Shown: positions 27,014-35,357, counted from the first letter of the stretch. The stretch: DNA of 37,797 bases from a virus (IMGVR_UViG_3300027820_000064:1-37797); one strand, 5' to 3'. Made by a program: numbers and translations. Notes: generated by a model from the sequence alone, not told the origin.

Positions 27014-27040
27014 CTGGCAAGGCTCCATCTTGCTGGTGTT

Positions 27041-27070
27041 GGGCCGGTAGAGGTTGCAGCCTCCCGGCCC
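27041..27070. promoter_or_regulatory. GC-rich hairpin upstream of the HNH-AP2 gene
   Basis: GGGCCGG-(TA)-GAGGT-TGC-AGCCTC-CCGGCCC. Confidence 0.5.
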
Positions 27071-27082
27071 TTTATTTATCCA

Positions 27083-27436
27083 TTATTCCTTATCTTTTTT
27101 CAAGTCACAATCCTTTCCTGACATGACGCCATCGGCCCACTCCGCTCTTGTGTCATCACCATTTAGCATTCGGCGCAGGCGCTTTAGCCCAATGCCGCTG
27201 CCAATCGAAGCCCGCTGTAGGCTCGGATACCAGACGCCATCCAACGTCACTGGACGGCGGTTGTGCGGCTGGCGCAGGCCGATAAAGTCGGTTGTCCCAC
27301 GCGCCATCGCCTTTGTGATATTCGTGTGCGAGACATCTAGCGTTCTGGCCGCCTCGCCAATGCTGCTGTATGTCACGCCGCGTATCGTCACCGGCTTGCT
27401 GACCCTGCGTTGATATTCACCCTGCCCGTGTGGCAT
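27083..27436 (-). CDS. Protein with two NUMOD1-like DNA-binding repeats
   Basis: KPVTIRGVTYSSIGEAARTLDV and RPVTLDGVWYPSLQRAS; start uncertain. Confidence 0.65.
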   Translation of the reverse strand: MPHGQGEYQRRVSKPVTIRGVTYSSIGEAARTLDVSHTNITKAMARGTTDFIGLRQPHNRRPVTLDGVWYPSLQRASIGSGIGLKRLRRMLNGDDTRAEWADGVMSGKDCDLKKDKE

Positions 27437-27626
27437 CTGCCTTACCCTTATATCCAGTCCCCAGCCCGATGTTGTCCTGCGTGCCGCGTGCAACCGCTGC
27501 GCACACCGTGTGTTTTTTGACGCCAAAGTGTCGGGCTGCATCTGACTGGCTCATAAACGTCACGCCTCGTATCGTGACGGGTTTGCGCTGCTTGCGCTGA
27601 AAATCATTCATCGTAGTTCGCTTCAT
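27417..27626 (-). CDS. Single NUMOD1-like DNA-binding protein
   Basis: KPVTIRGVTFMSQSDAARHFGV. Confidence 0.65.
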   Translation of the reverse strand: MKRTTMNDFQRKQRKPVTIRGVTFMSQSDAARHFGVKKHTVCAAVARGTQDNIGLGTGYKGKADATRAG

Positions 27627-27774
27627 CGTCTTTCTCCCATGGCGGCGCTTTTGCCAATGTCACCGGAATATCTTTGCGGTAATACAGGCTAAAGTTCTGC
27701 AGATCGCTTGGCTTAACCTCGCGGCGCTTGTTGCCGGGCCACTGCTTTAGAATAAATGCACTTTCATTTGACAT
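27604..27774 (-). CDS. 56-aa hypothetical protein (absent from ORF track)
   Basis: MSNESAFILKQWPG...VTLAKAPPWEKDDEANYDE; fills the operon gap. Confidence 0.6.
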   Translation of the reverse strand: MSNESAFILKQWPGNKRREVKPSDLQNFSLYYRKDIPVTLAKAPPWEKDDEANYDE

Positions 27775-27964
27775 CTTTCTTTGCCCTCTCGCTTAGGCGA
27801 TACCAGCCGTTTTTCATCAAAAGGGAACCGTCATCATCCAGCGTATGCAGCATGTCCTGCACCTGCCGCTGGTTAATGCCTAGATCGCTGGCAGCCATAT
27901 CAGCGCAGGCAGATGGCACGATGGCAAAGTATGCCAGCAGGGTTTCGCGCAGATTATCAGCCAT
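27764..27964 (-). CDS. Small winged-helix-like protein
   Basis: DMAASDLGINQRQVQDMLHTL...GWYRL; RBS GGGGAG. Confidence 0.6.
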   Translation of the reverse strand: MADNLRETLLAYFAIVPSACADMAASDLGINQRQVQDMLHTLDDDGSLLMKNGWYRLSERAKKDVK

Positions 27965-28247
27965 CTTTCTCCCCCTTTAGTTCGTATTGTCTGCCAAAAA
28001 ACGCATACCCCTCTGATACTTTTTTGGTGTATGCGACCACGGCTTTCGCATATTGTTCAAGCCCCTCGACGTAATCAACGTATGATTCGAAACAAACCCC
28101 AAACACCATCTCTGCAAGGATCTCATTGTCTGAGCGGCCATCTGGCAATGATTTGTGTGTTCCTCTATCTGGCGGGCGTGACACCTCAAGATTATCAAAC
28201 ATTCTTGCCATCTTGCGAATTATTGCAGCTTTTTCTTTATCGCCCAT
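27957..28247 (-). CDS. Hypothetical protein
   Basis: RBS GAGGAG; operonic. Confidence 0.65.
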   Translation of the reverse strand: MGDKEKAAIIRKMARMFDNLEVSRPPDRGTHKSLPDGRSDNEILAEMVFGVCFESYVDYVEGLEQYAKAVVAYTKKVSEGYAFFGRQYELKGEKDG

Positions 28248-28791
28248 CGGCTGTCTCCTCGTAATATTGCTCCAAGGCTATATCGACCAAATACTCTGCG
28301 ACAGACTTGTAGCCCATGGTCGACGTCTTTTGCACGATCCAGTCAGCCGCATCCTCGGTCACGTTTGCTGCGTCATCAAACAGGCACAGCGATATGTGGC
28401 CGATGTTTACGCCATAATGCTTGCGGGCGTTTTGCGCCTTCTGGCGGTGGTTCAAGCGCCGCCGCTTGATCTTAAAGCCTTCCTCGCGCAGCAGGGTCAG
28501 CTTGGTGCGTGTGGCAGGCCAGCCGCGTCCTAGCACCTCAGAAATTTTCTTAGTTGAAATGCCGTCCTCGAACATTTCGATCAGCTTTGCCACATCTTCA
28601 TCGGTCCATGAATTGCGCCGCTTGCGAGGTTTCTTTGGCCCATACTTTTCGAGCATGCGCATCTTTTTCACCTTGCTGGATATGCTGGCAAGGGACCGTC
28701 CAAGGTATTCTGCGATTTCAGTCTGCAGAAAACCCTGATCGACCATCTGCTGCAGCCGTTGCTCTTCTTTCTCTGTCCATATCTTAGCCAC
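28237..28791 (-). CDS. Tandem Myb/GcrA-like HTH protein
   Basis: WTEKEEQRL...EIAEYLGRS and WTDEDVAKL...KISEVLGRG. Confidence 0.65.
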   Translation of the reverse strand: MAKIWTEKEEQRLQQMVDQGFLQTEIAEYLGRSLASISSKVKKMRMLEKYGPKKPRKRRNSWTDEDVAKLIEMFEDGISTKKISEVLGRGWPATRTKLTLLREEGFKIKRRRLNHRQKAQNARKHYGVNIGHISLCLFDDAANVTEDAADWIVQKTSTMGYKSVAEYLVDIALEQYYEETADGR

Positions 28792-28799
28792 AACCTACC

Positions 28800-29267
28800 T
28801 CACAGAAATTGATTAATGTCTTTTGCCCACAGCAAGAATGATGCCCTGATTTGATTCGGCTTGGCGTGAACAGATGCCTTCACAAGCTGACCTGCCGAGA
28901 ACATATTGTTCAGCACAGTGTTGGCCTCGCTAACCTCAATGCCAAGTTCTGATGCAAGTTCTTTTGTGGTCATGTAGCCCTCGGCCAGCGTGTTGATTAC
29001 CTCAGTGGCAAGGTCACGGCTGACAGATGCGGGCGGGTTGTCTGATAGGAAAATAGCCATCCACGGCGTGCGGCCAGCGGGGTCGCGGTCATTGGCTACC
29101 AGCTTGGCAAACATTTCGTATCCCATCTGCGCCTTGCTCGCAGACATTACATTGTGCGGGATGTAAACTTGATCGCCGCTGCCTGTCAGGCCAAAGCCAT
29201 TGCCTGTTGGCAGCACGTTTACGATGGTTACGCTATCATTGTGGACTGGGTTCATTAGTTGCTCCAT
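28800..29267 (-). CDS. Putative nucleic-acid-binding protein (OB-like plus wHTH)
   Basis: GNGFG...QVYIP; MTTKELASELGI. Confidence 0.55.
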   Translation of the reverse strand: MEQLMNPVHNDSVTIVNVLPTGNGFGLTGSGDQVYIPHNVMSASKAQMGYEMFAKLVANDRDPAGRTPWMAIFLSDNPPASVSRDLATEVINTLAEGYMTTKELASELGIEVSEANTVLNNMFSAGQLVKASVHAKPNQIRASFLLWAKDINQFL

Positions 29268-29485
29268 GGTCTTGCTTTCGGTCTGATTGTGTAGCCGGTG
29301 GCTACATCTGTTTTAACGCAGCCAACGAGTGTTTCATCCCAGTCTTGGCTGAATACATCATACAAGTCAGTGGTTGCGCGCAGTGCCTGTTCGCAGCTTG
29401 CCTCTGTGATGAACGGGATTGGAAACGGCATGTCTTCGTTGCCGTTTATGTTGGCGATGAATACGAGCATAGTGAGGTATGTCAT
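29255..29485 (-). CDS. Small protein with hydrophobic N-terminus and two Cys
   Basis: Coupled ORF. Confidence 0.55.
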   Translation of the reverse strand: MTYLTMLVFIANINGNEDMPFPIPFITEASCEQALRATTDLYDVFSQDWDETLVGCVKTDVATGYTIRPKARPWSN

Positions 29486-29571
29486 GGCATCACCAGCGGT
29501 ATGTGCAGCAGTATATACATTGTGGCGAACAGGCTGATAACGCCGATCAAGTCACCAGCTATAGAAGTCAT
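29482..29571 (-). CDS. 29-aa hydrophobic (single-TM) peptide
   Basis: MTSIAGDLIGVISLFATMYILLHIPLVMP; RBS GAGGA; ATGA coupling. Confidence 0.55.
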   Translation of the reverse strand: MTSIAGDLIGVISLFATMYILLHIPLVMP

Positions 29572-29752
29572 GTGGCTTTTCCTCTCTGCCTTCTTTCTGG
29601 AATTTAATTTCTGTTGGCGAAAATAAATCAATGACCAAGGCGAGGTCTTTGCGGTATTGCTTTGCCTCGCTTTCGCTAAGTTGTCTGTCAAGTTGTGCCA
29701 CCTTTCTGCATCTAAGGACCGCAAGCCAAATCTCGCCGTAGATTTTAGCCAT
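29552..29752 (-). CDS. Hypothetical protein
   Basis: Operonic ORF. Confidence 0.55.
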   Translation of the reverse strand: MAKIYGEIWLAVLRCRKVAQLDRQLSESEAKQYRKDLALVIDLFSPTEIKFQKEGREEKPHDFYSW

Positions 29753-29942
29753 TGTCTTCTGCCTCTAAGCGCGCCAGCGTTGCGCGATATGATTGTGTGC
29801 GCCTGCCTATCCAAGACAGCTCTTCGCTGACCCATGACGGGCGCACCCCGGTGCCGTATTTGGCAATCATGTCGGCGTAGTCTTTGTTGCAGCCTTCGAT
29901 AAGGTCGCGATACATCTGCTTTTCGTCTTCCCTAGTAGTCAT
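29745..29942 (-). CDS. Hypothetical protein
   Basis: RBS AGGAG. Confidence 0.65.
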   Translation of the reverse strand: MTTREDEKQMYRDLIEGCNKDYADMIAKYGTGVRPSWVSEELSWIGRRTQSYRATLARLEAEDNG

Positions 29943-29951
29943 TTTGCTCTC

Positions 29952-30107
29952 CTAAAATGGGCAGTCTTCGCCGCGCTCCCACCAACGATCTGGTGGTGTG
30001 GACGCTGGGCTGGACCGATGTTCTACCGTTATGGGAGGAGGATTTGGCGGTAGAACGCCCAGCGCCCGCAGCACTAGATCGAGGTATTCTGGGATTTCTT
30101 CATTCAT
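29952..30107 (-). CDS. 51-aa Pro-rich protein ending in EDCPF (absent from ORF track)
   Basis: MNEEIPEYLDLVLRALGVLPPNPPP...WWERGEDCPF; weak RBS. Confidence 0.5.
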   Translation of the reverse strand: MNEEIPEYLDLVLRALGVLPPNPPPITVEHRSSPASTPPDRWWERGEDCPF

Positions 30108-30186
30108 ATCGTTATCAGGGTGTTAAGTTCTTATACTCCCCACCATAATAACAAGCACATACATATGTCAACCACTTTTTTGACAT

Positions 30187-32481
30187 TTAACCAACCTCAT
30201 CCCAATTAATCCACTTGCCAACGGTCACGCAGGCCACCTCGCGGCCATCGCGCTTGCTGTGCAAATTCTCGACACGCAGCACGTCTTTGTTCAGCCACGT
30301 CTTAATGATAGTATTCAGCCGCGTCTTTCCAGCCTTTTCGCTCGCATTAATGCTCAGCGCATCACCGATGGCATAGCCAACCCAATTCTTAGCGCGAATG
30401 TCAGCGCGCAGAGGGTCATCGCCCTTCTCGGCCATGCCAACAATATCTTGCACCCGGCGGGCATCCTTGCCGCTGATCCCATCAAAAGCGTCTGGCAGTC
30501 TGTAAGGCACCGCTACGCCGATGTATTCATCGTTGTCGATCTTGACGCCAATCATCTTGCGATACAGCCGCTTATCCAATGATGGCGCCAAGTTGGCCTT
30601 CCCGTCTATAATCGAAAACAAGCCCTTGGCTTCTTTCTCATTCACGCCAACCTTGGCCGCTTCCTCTTCTGACACCCGGTTAATCACGCGGGCAGCACGG
30701 GCGGCACCAATCAACGCGCCTGCGCCTCGCACGCTATCAATCGTGGCGTCATCGCCGTTGCCCTTGCGAACATGGTGGACAAGCATGACAGACGAATTTG
30801 TGTCGCGCGCCAGTTCGCGGACCATCGCCACAACGGCCTGCACAGACGTGTTGGAATTCTCATTCACATGCGATGCAGACACCCACGGGTCTATCACAAC
30901 GACACCAATGTTATGTTCTTCAACCTTCGCTTTGATCGCATTTAGCAACACATCATTCGTGTGCAAGCCGTCACGGTTTTCAGATGCAAGGATCATCTGA
31001 AACGTATCTTCGCCGTCAACAAACAGCTTGCCGCGCACCTCTTCAGGCTCAACTTTGTAATGCCGCATCGCAGCAAGCATGCGCAATTCCAACTCTGCGC
31101 GCGGGTCTTCAAGGTTAATCACCCACACGTTTGTCTGTTCTTTTACTTTAGTTTCAAGCAGTTGACGGCCAGTGGCGATTGACAATGCCTCAGCAACGAT
31201 AAGCGAAGTTTTGCCGATACCACCAGCCGACGCCAGCACAGACACGTATCCACGGATGTAGTCATAGCCGTAGACCCAACGACGCTTAGGCAAAATGCTG
31301 CTGTCAAACTGTGCCAGCGGTGTGGGCCAGCTTTCAGGTTCCGGCGGCTGCAGGCCAGTGTCCGGGATGTCTACATAATCATCCGGCAAAGTATCATCTT
31401 GAATTTTAGTCACTTCTTGAAAGTCATCCAAAGCATGCGTTACAGGCTCAAACTCTGGCCCACGCAGCTCTTTGGAATATTCCCGCACGGCTTTCGTCAT
31501 GTCGCCGCCGTGTTCGTAATAGCAATACAGATCGAAGGCATCGCCCCAGCAGTAGCCATCTTTCACTTGGCCAATGCCACACGCCACATCGCTGCCGGAA
31601 TGGCTGACCCAATACTCCTTAAAGTCAGCAACGGCATAGCTGCCCGAGGACTGATTCGGTGAACGATATTGATTGCTGCCGCCAAGTTTCTGGTAGCCAT
31701 GCTGCAAAAACAAATCAGCAATCGTGTGCGTGTTGTTGAATTCTTCAACAGGGTCAAACTGATCTTTCAGATTGGCACGTGCTAACGCACGCTTTTCCGC
31801 ACGCTGTTCGCGCTCAATCCTAGCCTTTTCTTCAGCCTCTTCGCGCATAGAAATGGCCATGCGAACAGCGCTTTCGAGCGGGCTGCCCTCATACTCGTAG
31901 GGCTGTTTTTTAATAATATTATACTGATAAAACAAAGGCCTACCGTCTTCGTCTCGCTTGTCAACCGGCACGTTTGGAAGGTAAACAGGCTGCCCGCAGC
32001 GTGTCAAAGCGTGGTCGCATTCAATGCCACGGATTGATAGCATGCCGATAGCGGCCAGTGTCGCGTCTGTATATTCAGAACCAATAATCGGGTCACGCAG
32101 CGGCACCAGCACGCGCCATTTTTTATTCGATTTTGTCGCGCTTGATGACGAGTAAATCATCATGCCAGCGTCACCGAACACGCCTTGAAAGGCATCTTCA
32201 ATAGCCCGCAGCATGTGGTTGCCGGTGTCTATGTCAAAGCAAAGATAGCGGAAGCGGCCAAGCGCGCGTTGCGTTTCATGCGAGCGGCCATCATGGAAAC
32301 GATATTCAGACGGAATGATAAAAAGAGCGTTTTCTTTTTCAACGCACTGTGGCTTAGCAACAAGCCCGGCAATTTCCTGCGCCGTGATCCCATCGTATTG
32401 ACTACCTGCCTTATCAATCAGCGTGTGCTTTGCCCCCTTATTGACGAGAACCAAGGGCTTGATACTAGATGTTGTGTGCAT
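30187..32481 (-). CDS. Primase-helicase (N-terminal primase-polymerase-like domain, C-terminal RepA/AAA_25 helicase)
   Basis: FDID motif; Walker A SAGGIGKT; INLED; VVIDP; VHHVRKG; RGAGAL. Confidence 0.88.
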   Translation of the reverse strand: MHTTSSIKPLVLVNKGAKHTLIDKAGSQYDGITAQEIAGLVAKPQCVEKENALFIIPSEYRFHDGRSHETQRALGRFRYLCFDIDTGNHMLRAIEDAFQGVFGDAGMMIYSSSSATKSNKKWRVLVPLRDPIIGSEYTDATLAAIGMLSIRGIECDHALTRCGQPVYLPNVPVDKRDEDGRPLFYQYNIIKKQPYEYEGSPLESAVRMAISMREEAEEKARIEREQRAEKRALARANLKDQFDPVEEFNNTHTIADLFLQHGYQKLGGSNQYRSPNQSSGSYAVADFKEYWVSHSGSDVACGIGQVKDGYCWGDAFDLYCYYEHGGDMTKAVREYSKELRGPEFEPVTHALDDFQEVTKIQDDTLPDDYVDIPDTGLQPPEPESWPTPLAQFDSSILPKRRWVYGYDYIRGYVSVLASAGGIGKTSLIVAEALSIATGRQLLETKVKEQTNVWVINLEDPRAELELRMLAAMRHYKVEPEEVRGKLFVDGEDTFQMILASENRDGLHTNDVLLNAIKAKVEEHNIGVVVIDPWVSASHVNENSNTSVQAVVAMVRELARDTNSSVMLVHHVRKGNGDDATIDSVRGAGALIGAARAARVINRVSEEEAAKVGVNEKEAKGLFSIIDGKANLAPSLDKRLYRKMIGVKIDNDEYIGVAVPYRLPDAFDGISGKDARRVQDIVGMAEKGDDPLRADIRAKNWVGYAIGDALSINASEKAGKTRLNTIIKTWLNKDVLRVENLHSKRDGREVACVTVGKWINWDEVG
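32452..32477. promoter_or_regulatory. NrdR-box-like site (32462-32477) overlapping an IHF consensus (32452-32464)
   Basis: ATACTAGATGTTGTGT; on the minus strand TATCAAgcccTTG = WATCAANNNNTTR. Confidence 0.5.
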
Positions 32482-32519
32482 TATAGTTTCCCATATTAAC
32501 AGGCATTGCTCTCCTACTC

Positions 32520-32562
32520 ACACCCGCCGCATTGTTCCCACACGAATGCGGCGGGTGTTTTT
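32520..32562. terminator. 14-bp hairpin between ssb and primase (U-tract on the + strand)
   Basis: ACACCCGCCGCATT...AATGCGGCGGGTGT-TTTT. Confidence 0.6.
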
Positions 32563-32569
32563 CATTTTA

Positions 32570-33241
32570 TCACCACGGAATTTCGTCATCCCCTAGCGAT
32601 GCAGAAGCCGGTGCTGGCGCAGGCTTTGCAGGTGCAGCAAACGGATCATCGGCAGGCGCGTCTGCTGCAAACGGATCGTTGCCAACGGGTGCAGCAACAG
32701 ATGCAAAATCGTCTAGACCGCCACCACCATATACAGGCTCTGTGACTTGCACAGCGTCAAAATACAGAGACAGGCCGCCTTTGCCACTAGGATCAGTCAC
32801 AGGCACAGCCCACGCCCGGATCATGCCTTTAGACCCGCCCCAAACATTCGGGTCGGCCAGTGGCTGCTTATCGCCACCAATGACCAATGGCGGCTTGTTG
32901 ACCTCGCCGTTGCCTTTGGTGCCATTGCGCTTTGCACGAAACTCAACAGTGCCATCTTCCAGTTTCTTCATGCCGAACACGGTGCTGAATGGCGTCTTGA
33001 TTGACCCGGCGGCCAAACGTGCATCGTAGTGGGCTTTTAGCTTTGCATAGAGGGCTTTTGCGTCTTCTGCAGGCATAACCCATGTAACGGACCATGATGC
33101 GCCCGATGCAGTCGGTGCGCAAGGCTCTGAACGCTGTTCAGCGGTGTTGAACCGCATAGTTTCGCCAAGGCGCGGATATTTCAGCTCAACAGGTGCATCC
33201 GGCGTCCCTACCAACACTTTCATAAAGTCTTCTTTAGCCAT
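32570..33241 (-). CDS. Single-stranded DNA-binding protein (putative)
   Basis: GLSLYFDAVQV; acidic tail DDPF...DDEIPW; lies between exonuclease and primase. Confidence 0.7.
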   Translation of the reverse strand: MAKEDFMKVLVGTPDAPVELKYPRLGETMRFNTAEQRSEPCAPTASGASWSVTWVMPAEDAKALYAKLKAHYDARLAAGSIKTPFSTVFGMKKLEDGTVEFRAKRNGTKGNGEVNKPPLVIGGDKQPLADPNVWGGSKGMIRAWAVPVTDPSGKGGLSLYFDAVQVTEPVYGGGGLDDFASVAAPVGNDPFAADAPADDPFAAPAKPAPAPASASLGDDEIPW

Positions 33242-33259
33242 TTGTCTCTCCTTTTTGGC

Positions 33260-34057
33260 TTAGTCTTCAAATTCCGGCGTTTCTTCAAGCCAACGCGGAA
33301 TCTCGATTACATTCACACTCGGCCACCCGGTGTCAAATGTATCTTCATCTTGCGCACGCTTAATTTTCTCCAGCGACGCAAGCATCTGCTTATCTGCCCA
33401 CTCGACATAATCGGTTGACAGGACGTGAACCCCAACAGCGTATGGCGGTTCTTTCTCGACTGCCACAAACACCATGTTGTTTGCCTGTAAGCCTTCCAGA
33501 CGCAACACATGCTGGTAGAACGATTGCTGCACCGCATACCCAAACTTGCCAACAGAAGACGCAAAGCCACGGGGCGAGGCGTCAAGCGTTGTCTTGATGT
33601 CGTAAATCACGCCACCATTTTGCGGCCAGTAGCTATCCGGGCGGGTTTTCAGTGGCAAGCCAATGTCGGGGTCAGTCACGAAAACAGACATTTCGTTAAT
33701 CGTGCTTTCGCTTGCCATCCGCTTGCCAACGTCCGTTGCCAGCACGCTTTCGGCAATAGCGTTTGCAATCTCGTATTCACCCTCGGGCAGCAATATCTGG
33801 CCAGCAAAGTCAGCGGCAGCCTTGGCCTCTGTCCATGCTTTGCCGCGTCTGCTTTCCGGCCCCTTAATCACAAGGTTAAGGTGGCGTTCAAGAACCAAGG
33901 CATGGACCGCTGACCCCATATGCAGGGCTGGCGACTCCTTAAACTTTTTATGTTTCCAATGCGCCAGCGACGATTTAGCAACCATCTTCACATCGGTTGA
34001 ACTAATTGACGGGTGGGCGTGGTAGTCCTCATTGGACATATTCTTATCAATTGTCAT
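33260..34057 (-). CDS. RecE/exonuclease VIII-like PD-(D/E)XK nuclease (DUF3799-like)
   Basis: MSNEDYHA--SISST, GSAVHAL, KTRPD, YDIKTT, QQSFY, FVAVEKEPPY. Confidence 0.88.
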   Translation of the reverse strand: MTIDKNMSNEDYHAHPSISSTDVKMVAKSSLAHWKHKKFKESPALHMGSAVHALVLERHLNLVIKGPESRRGKAWTEAKAAADFAGQILLPEGEYEIANAIAESVLATDVGKRMASESTINEMSVFVTDPDIGLPLKTRPDSYWPQNGGVIYDIKTTLDASPRGFASSVGKFGYAVQQSFYQHVLRLEGLQANNMVFVAVEKEPPYAVGVHVLSTDYVEWADKQMLASLEKIKRAQDEDTFDTGWPSVNVIEIPRWLEETPEFED

Positions 34058-34367
34058 TTTGCTTTGCCTCTTGCTCGCGGCGCTCGATGGCGGCGTGCCT
34101 AATCTTTCTGCCCTCACGATGCATGGCTTTGATGGCTTGCTCGTAATACTCTTGCGCGCAATACTTCACATCCATTGCAATATCTGCTCCAATCACACCA
34201 CGGTGAGGCATTTTTGGCTTAAACAAGAACGCTTCACCATGATCTGGGCTGTAGATAGCTATGCCAACAACTTCATAATCTTTGCCAAGCCATTGCTGCG
34301 CAGACAGAATAGCACCCGTATGCTTGTGGCGCTTTTTGAAATTCCTTACCCAATCTTCAACAATCAT
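34047..34367 (-). CDS. Hypothetical protein
   Basis: Coupled to both neighbours. Confidence 0.65.
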   Translation of the reverse strand: MIVEDWVRNFKKRHKHTGAILSAQQWLGKDYEVVGIAIYSPDHGEAFLFKPKMPHRGVIGADIAMDVKYCAQEYYEQAIKAMHREGRKIRHAAIERREQEAKQNDN

Positions 34368-34834
34368 GCCATTGTCTCCTGACCATAAAGCGCAATCAGT
34401 GCAGCCTCTGCTCGGCCATCGTCTTTCACGCGCTTGAATTTTTCTGCATATTCTGGAAACCGTTGCATAGCCATGCCACGGCTTACCCCTTTGTCACGGG
34501 TCAACCCAAAGTGTGCCTTCCACTTAGAAGGCGTCACATACTGCACAGGTAGCCGGTGTGCGGCCAATCCCATCTGAATGGCGCCATACCCTTGGCCAAA
34601 GCGAAACATGCTCGTGACGCCTTGCCCACGCATTGCATGCACTTGCTCGACAACGGCCAAATGTGGTGTGTCATCCTCTGGCGCCAAAAGGTCAAACAGG
34701 GAATGCAAATCCAATTCTGTCTTGCCTTTAGCATTCGGCAACACTGGCATGTCATACACATACAAGCTGCGAATCGCTGGCCGCCAGATGGCCACCGCGC
34801 CTGTAAAGCCGGGGTCAACGCCAATAATAACCAT
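34364..34834 (-). CDS. ruvC: RuvC-like Holliday junction resolvase
   Basis: IIGVDPG, VVEQV, VTPSKWK, DGRAEAALIA. Confidence 0.88.
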   Translation of the reverse strand: MVIIGVDPGFTGAVAIWRPAIRSLYVYDMPVLPNAKGKTELDLHSLFDLLAPEDDTPHLAVVEQVHAMRGQGVTSMFRFGQGYGAIQMGLAAHRLPVQYVTPSKWKAHFGLTRDKGVSRGMAMQRFPEYAEKFKRVKDDGRAEAALIALYGQETMA

Positions 34835-34992
34835 CAGTCAGCTTTCGGCTGCTCTGGAACAATCCCCATTGCCTCTGCTTTTTCAAGCGCGGCAAATCGC
34901 AAAAACGTAGACACAGGCAGGCCAACACGGTCGGCTGCAATCTCAATCGCCGCTAACTGTTCAGCGGTCATCTTCACATGACTAGACTTCAT
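34834..34992 (-). CDS. Ribbon-helix-helix regulator (52 aa)
   Basis: HVKMTAEQLAAIEIAADRVGLPVSTFLRFAALEKA; RBS AAAGGAG. Confidence 0.7.
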   Translation of the reverse strand: MKSSHVKMTAEQLAAIEIAADRVGLPVSTFLRFAALEKAEAMGIVPEQPKAD

Positions 34993-35017
34993 TTCGCACT
35001 CCTTTGTCGATAAAGAA

Positions 35018-35089
35018 CACATATACAGACACAAAGTGGCAGTCAAGTGTATTTTTTCTGTTGACATGCTGTAAAATGCCAAGTAAAAG
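35018..35089. promoter_or_regulatory. Back-to-back divergent promoters
   Basis: Minus strand TTGACT-N17-TATGTG (35046-35018); plus strand TTGACA-N17-TAAAAG (35061-35089). Confidence 0.55.
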
Positions 35090-35144
35090 TTTCCTTAGTC
35101 GGATTTAGAATTGATTAGCACCGGCGAAAATTAGGAGAAAAGCA

Positions 35145-35357
35145 ATGCGTAAACCTTGGATGAAAAACCTGCAATCTTTCCGCTTCAATCGCGAAGGCAC
35201 CATGACGGTGGAAACTGCTCGCTGGCAGCGCGAGGCAAACAGCCGCGACGCCGGTTGCGTTGTGCTTTCAAAGGAAAGCCAGCGCTTTGACATGGACCTT
35301 CGTGCCACGCTGAAAAAGCATGGCTTCACAACTTATGGCGAAATGCACGGCGCATGA
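35145..35357 (+). CDS. Hypothetical early protein
   Basis: RBS AGGAG. Confidence 0.65.
   Translation: MRKPWMKNLQSFRFNREGTMTVETARWQREANSRDAGCVVLSKESQRFDMDLRATLKKHGFTTYGEMHGA

Noticed and set aside
29943-30140. Third anti-SD sRNA (CCTCCTCCC on the minus strand)
   Set aside because: The motif falls in Pro codons of a plausible 51-aa ORF and no terminator follows; not excluded but unsupported
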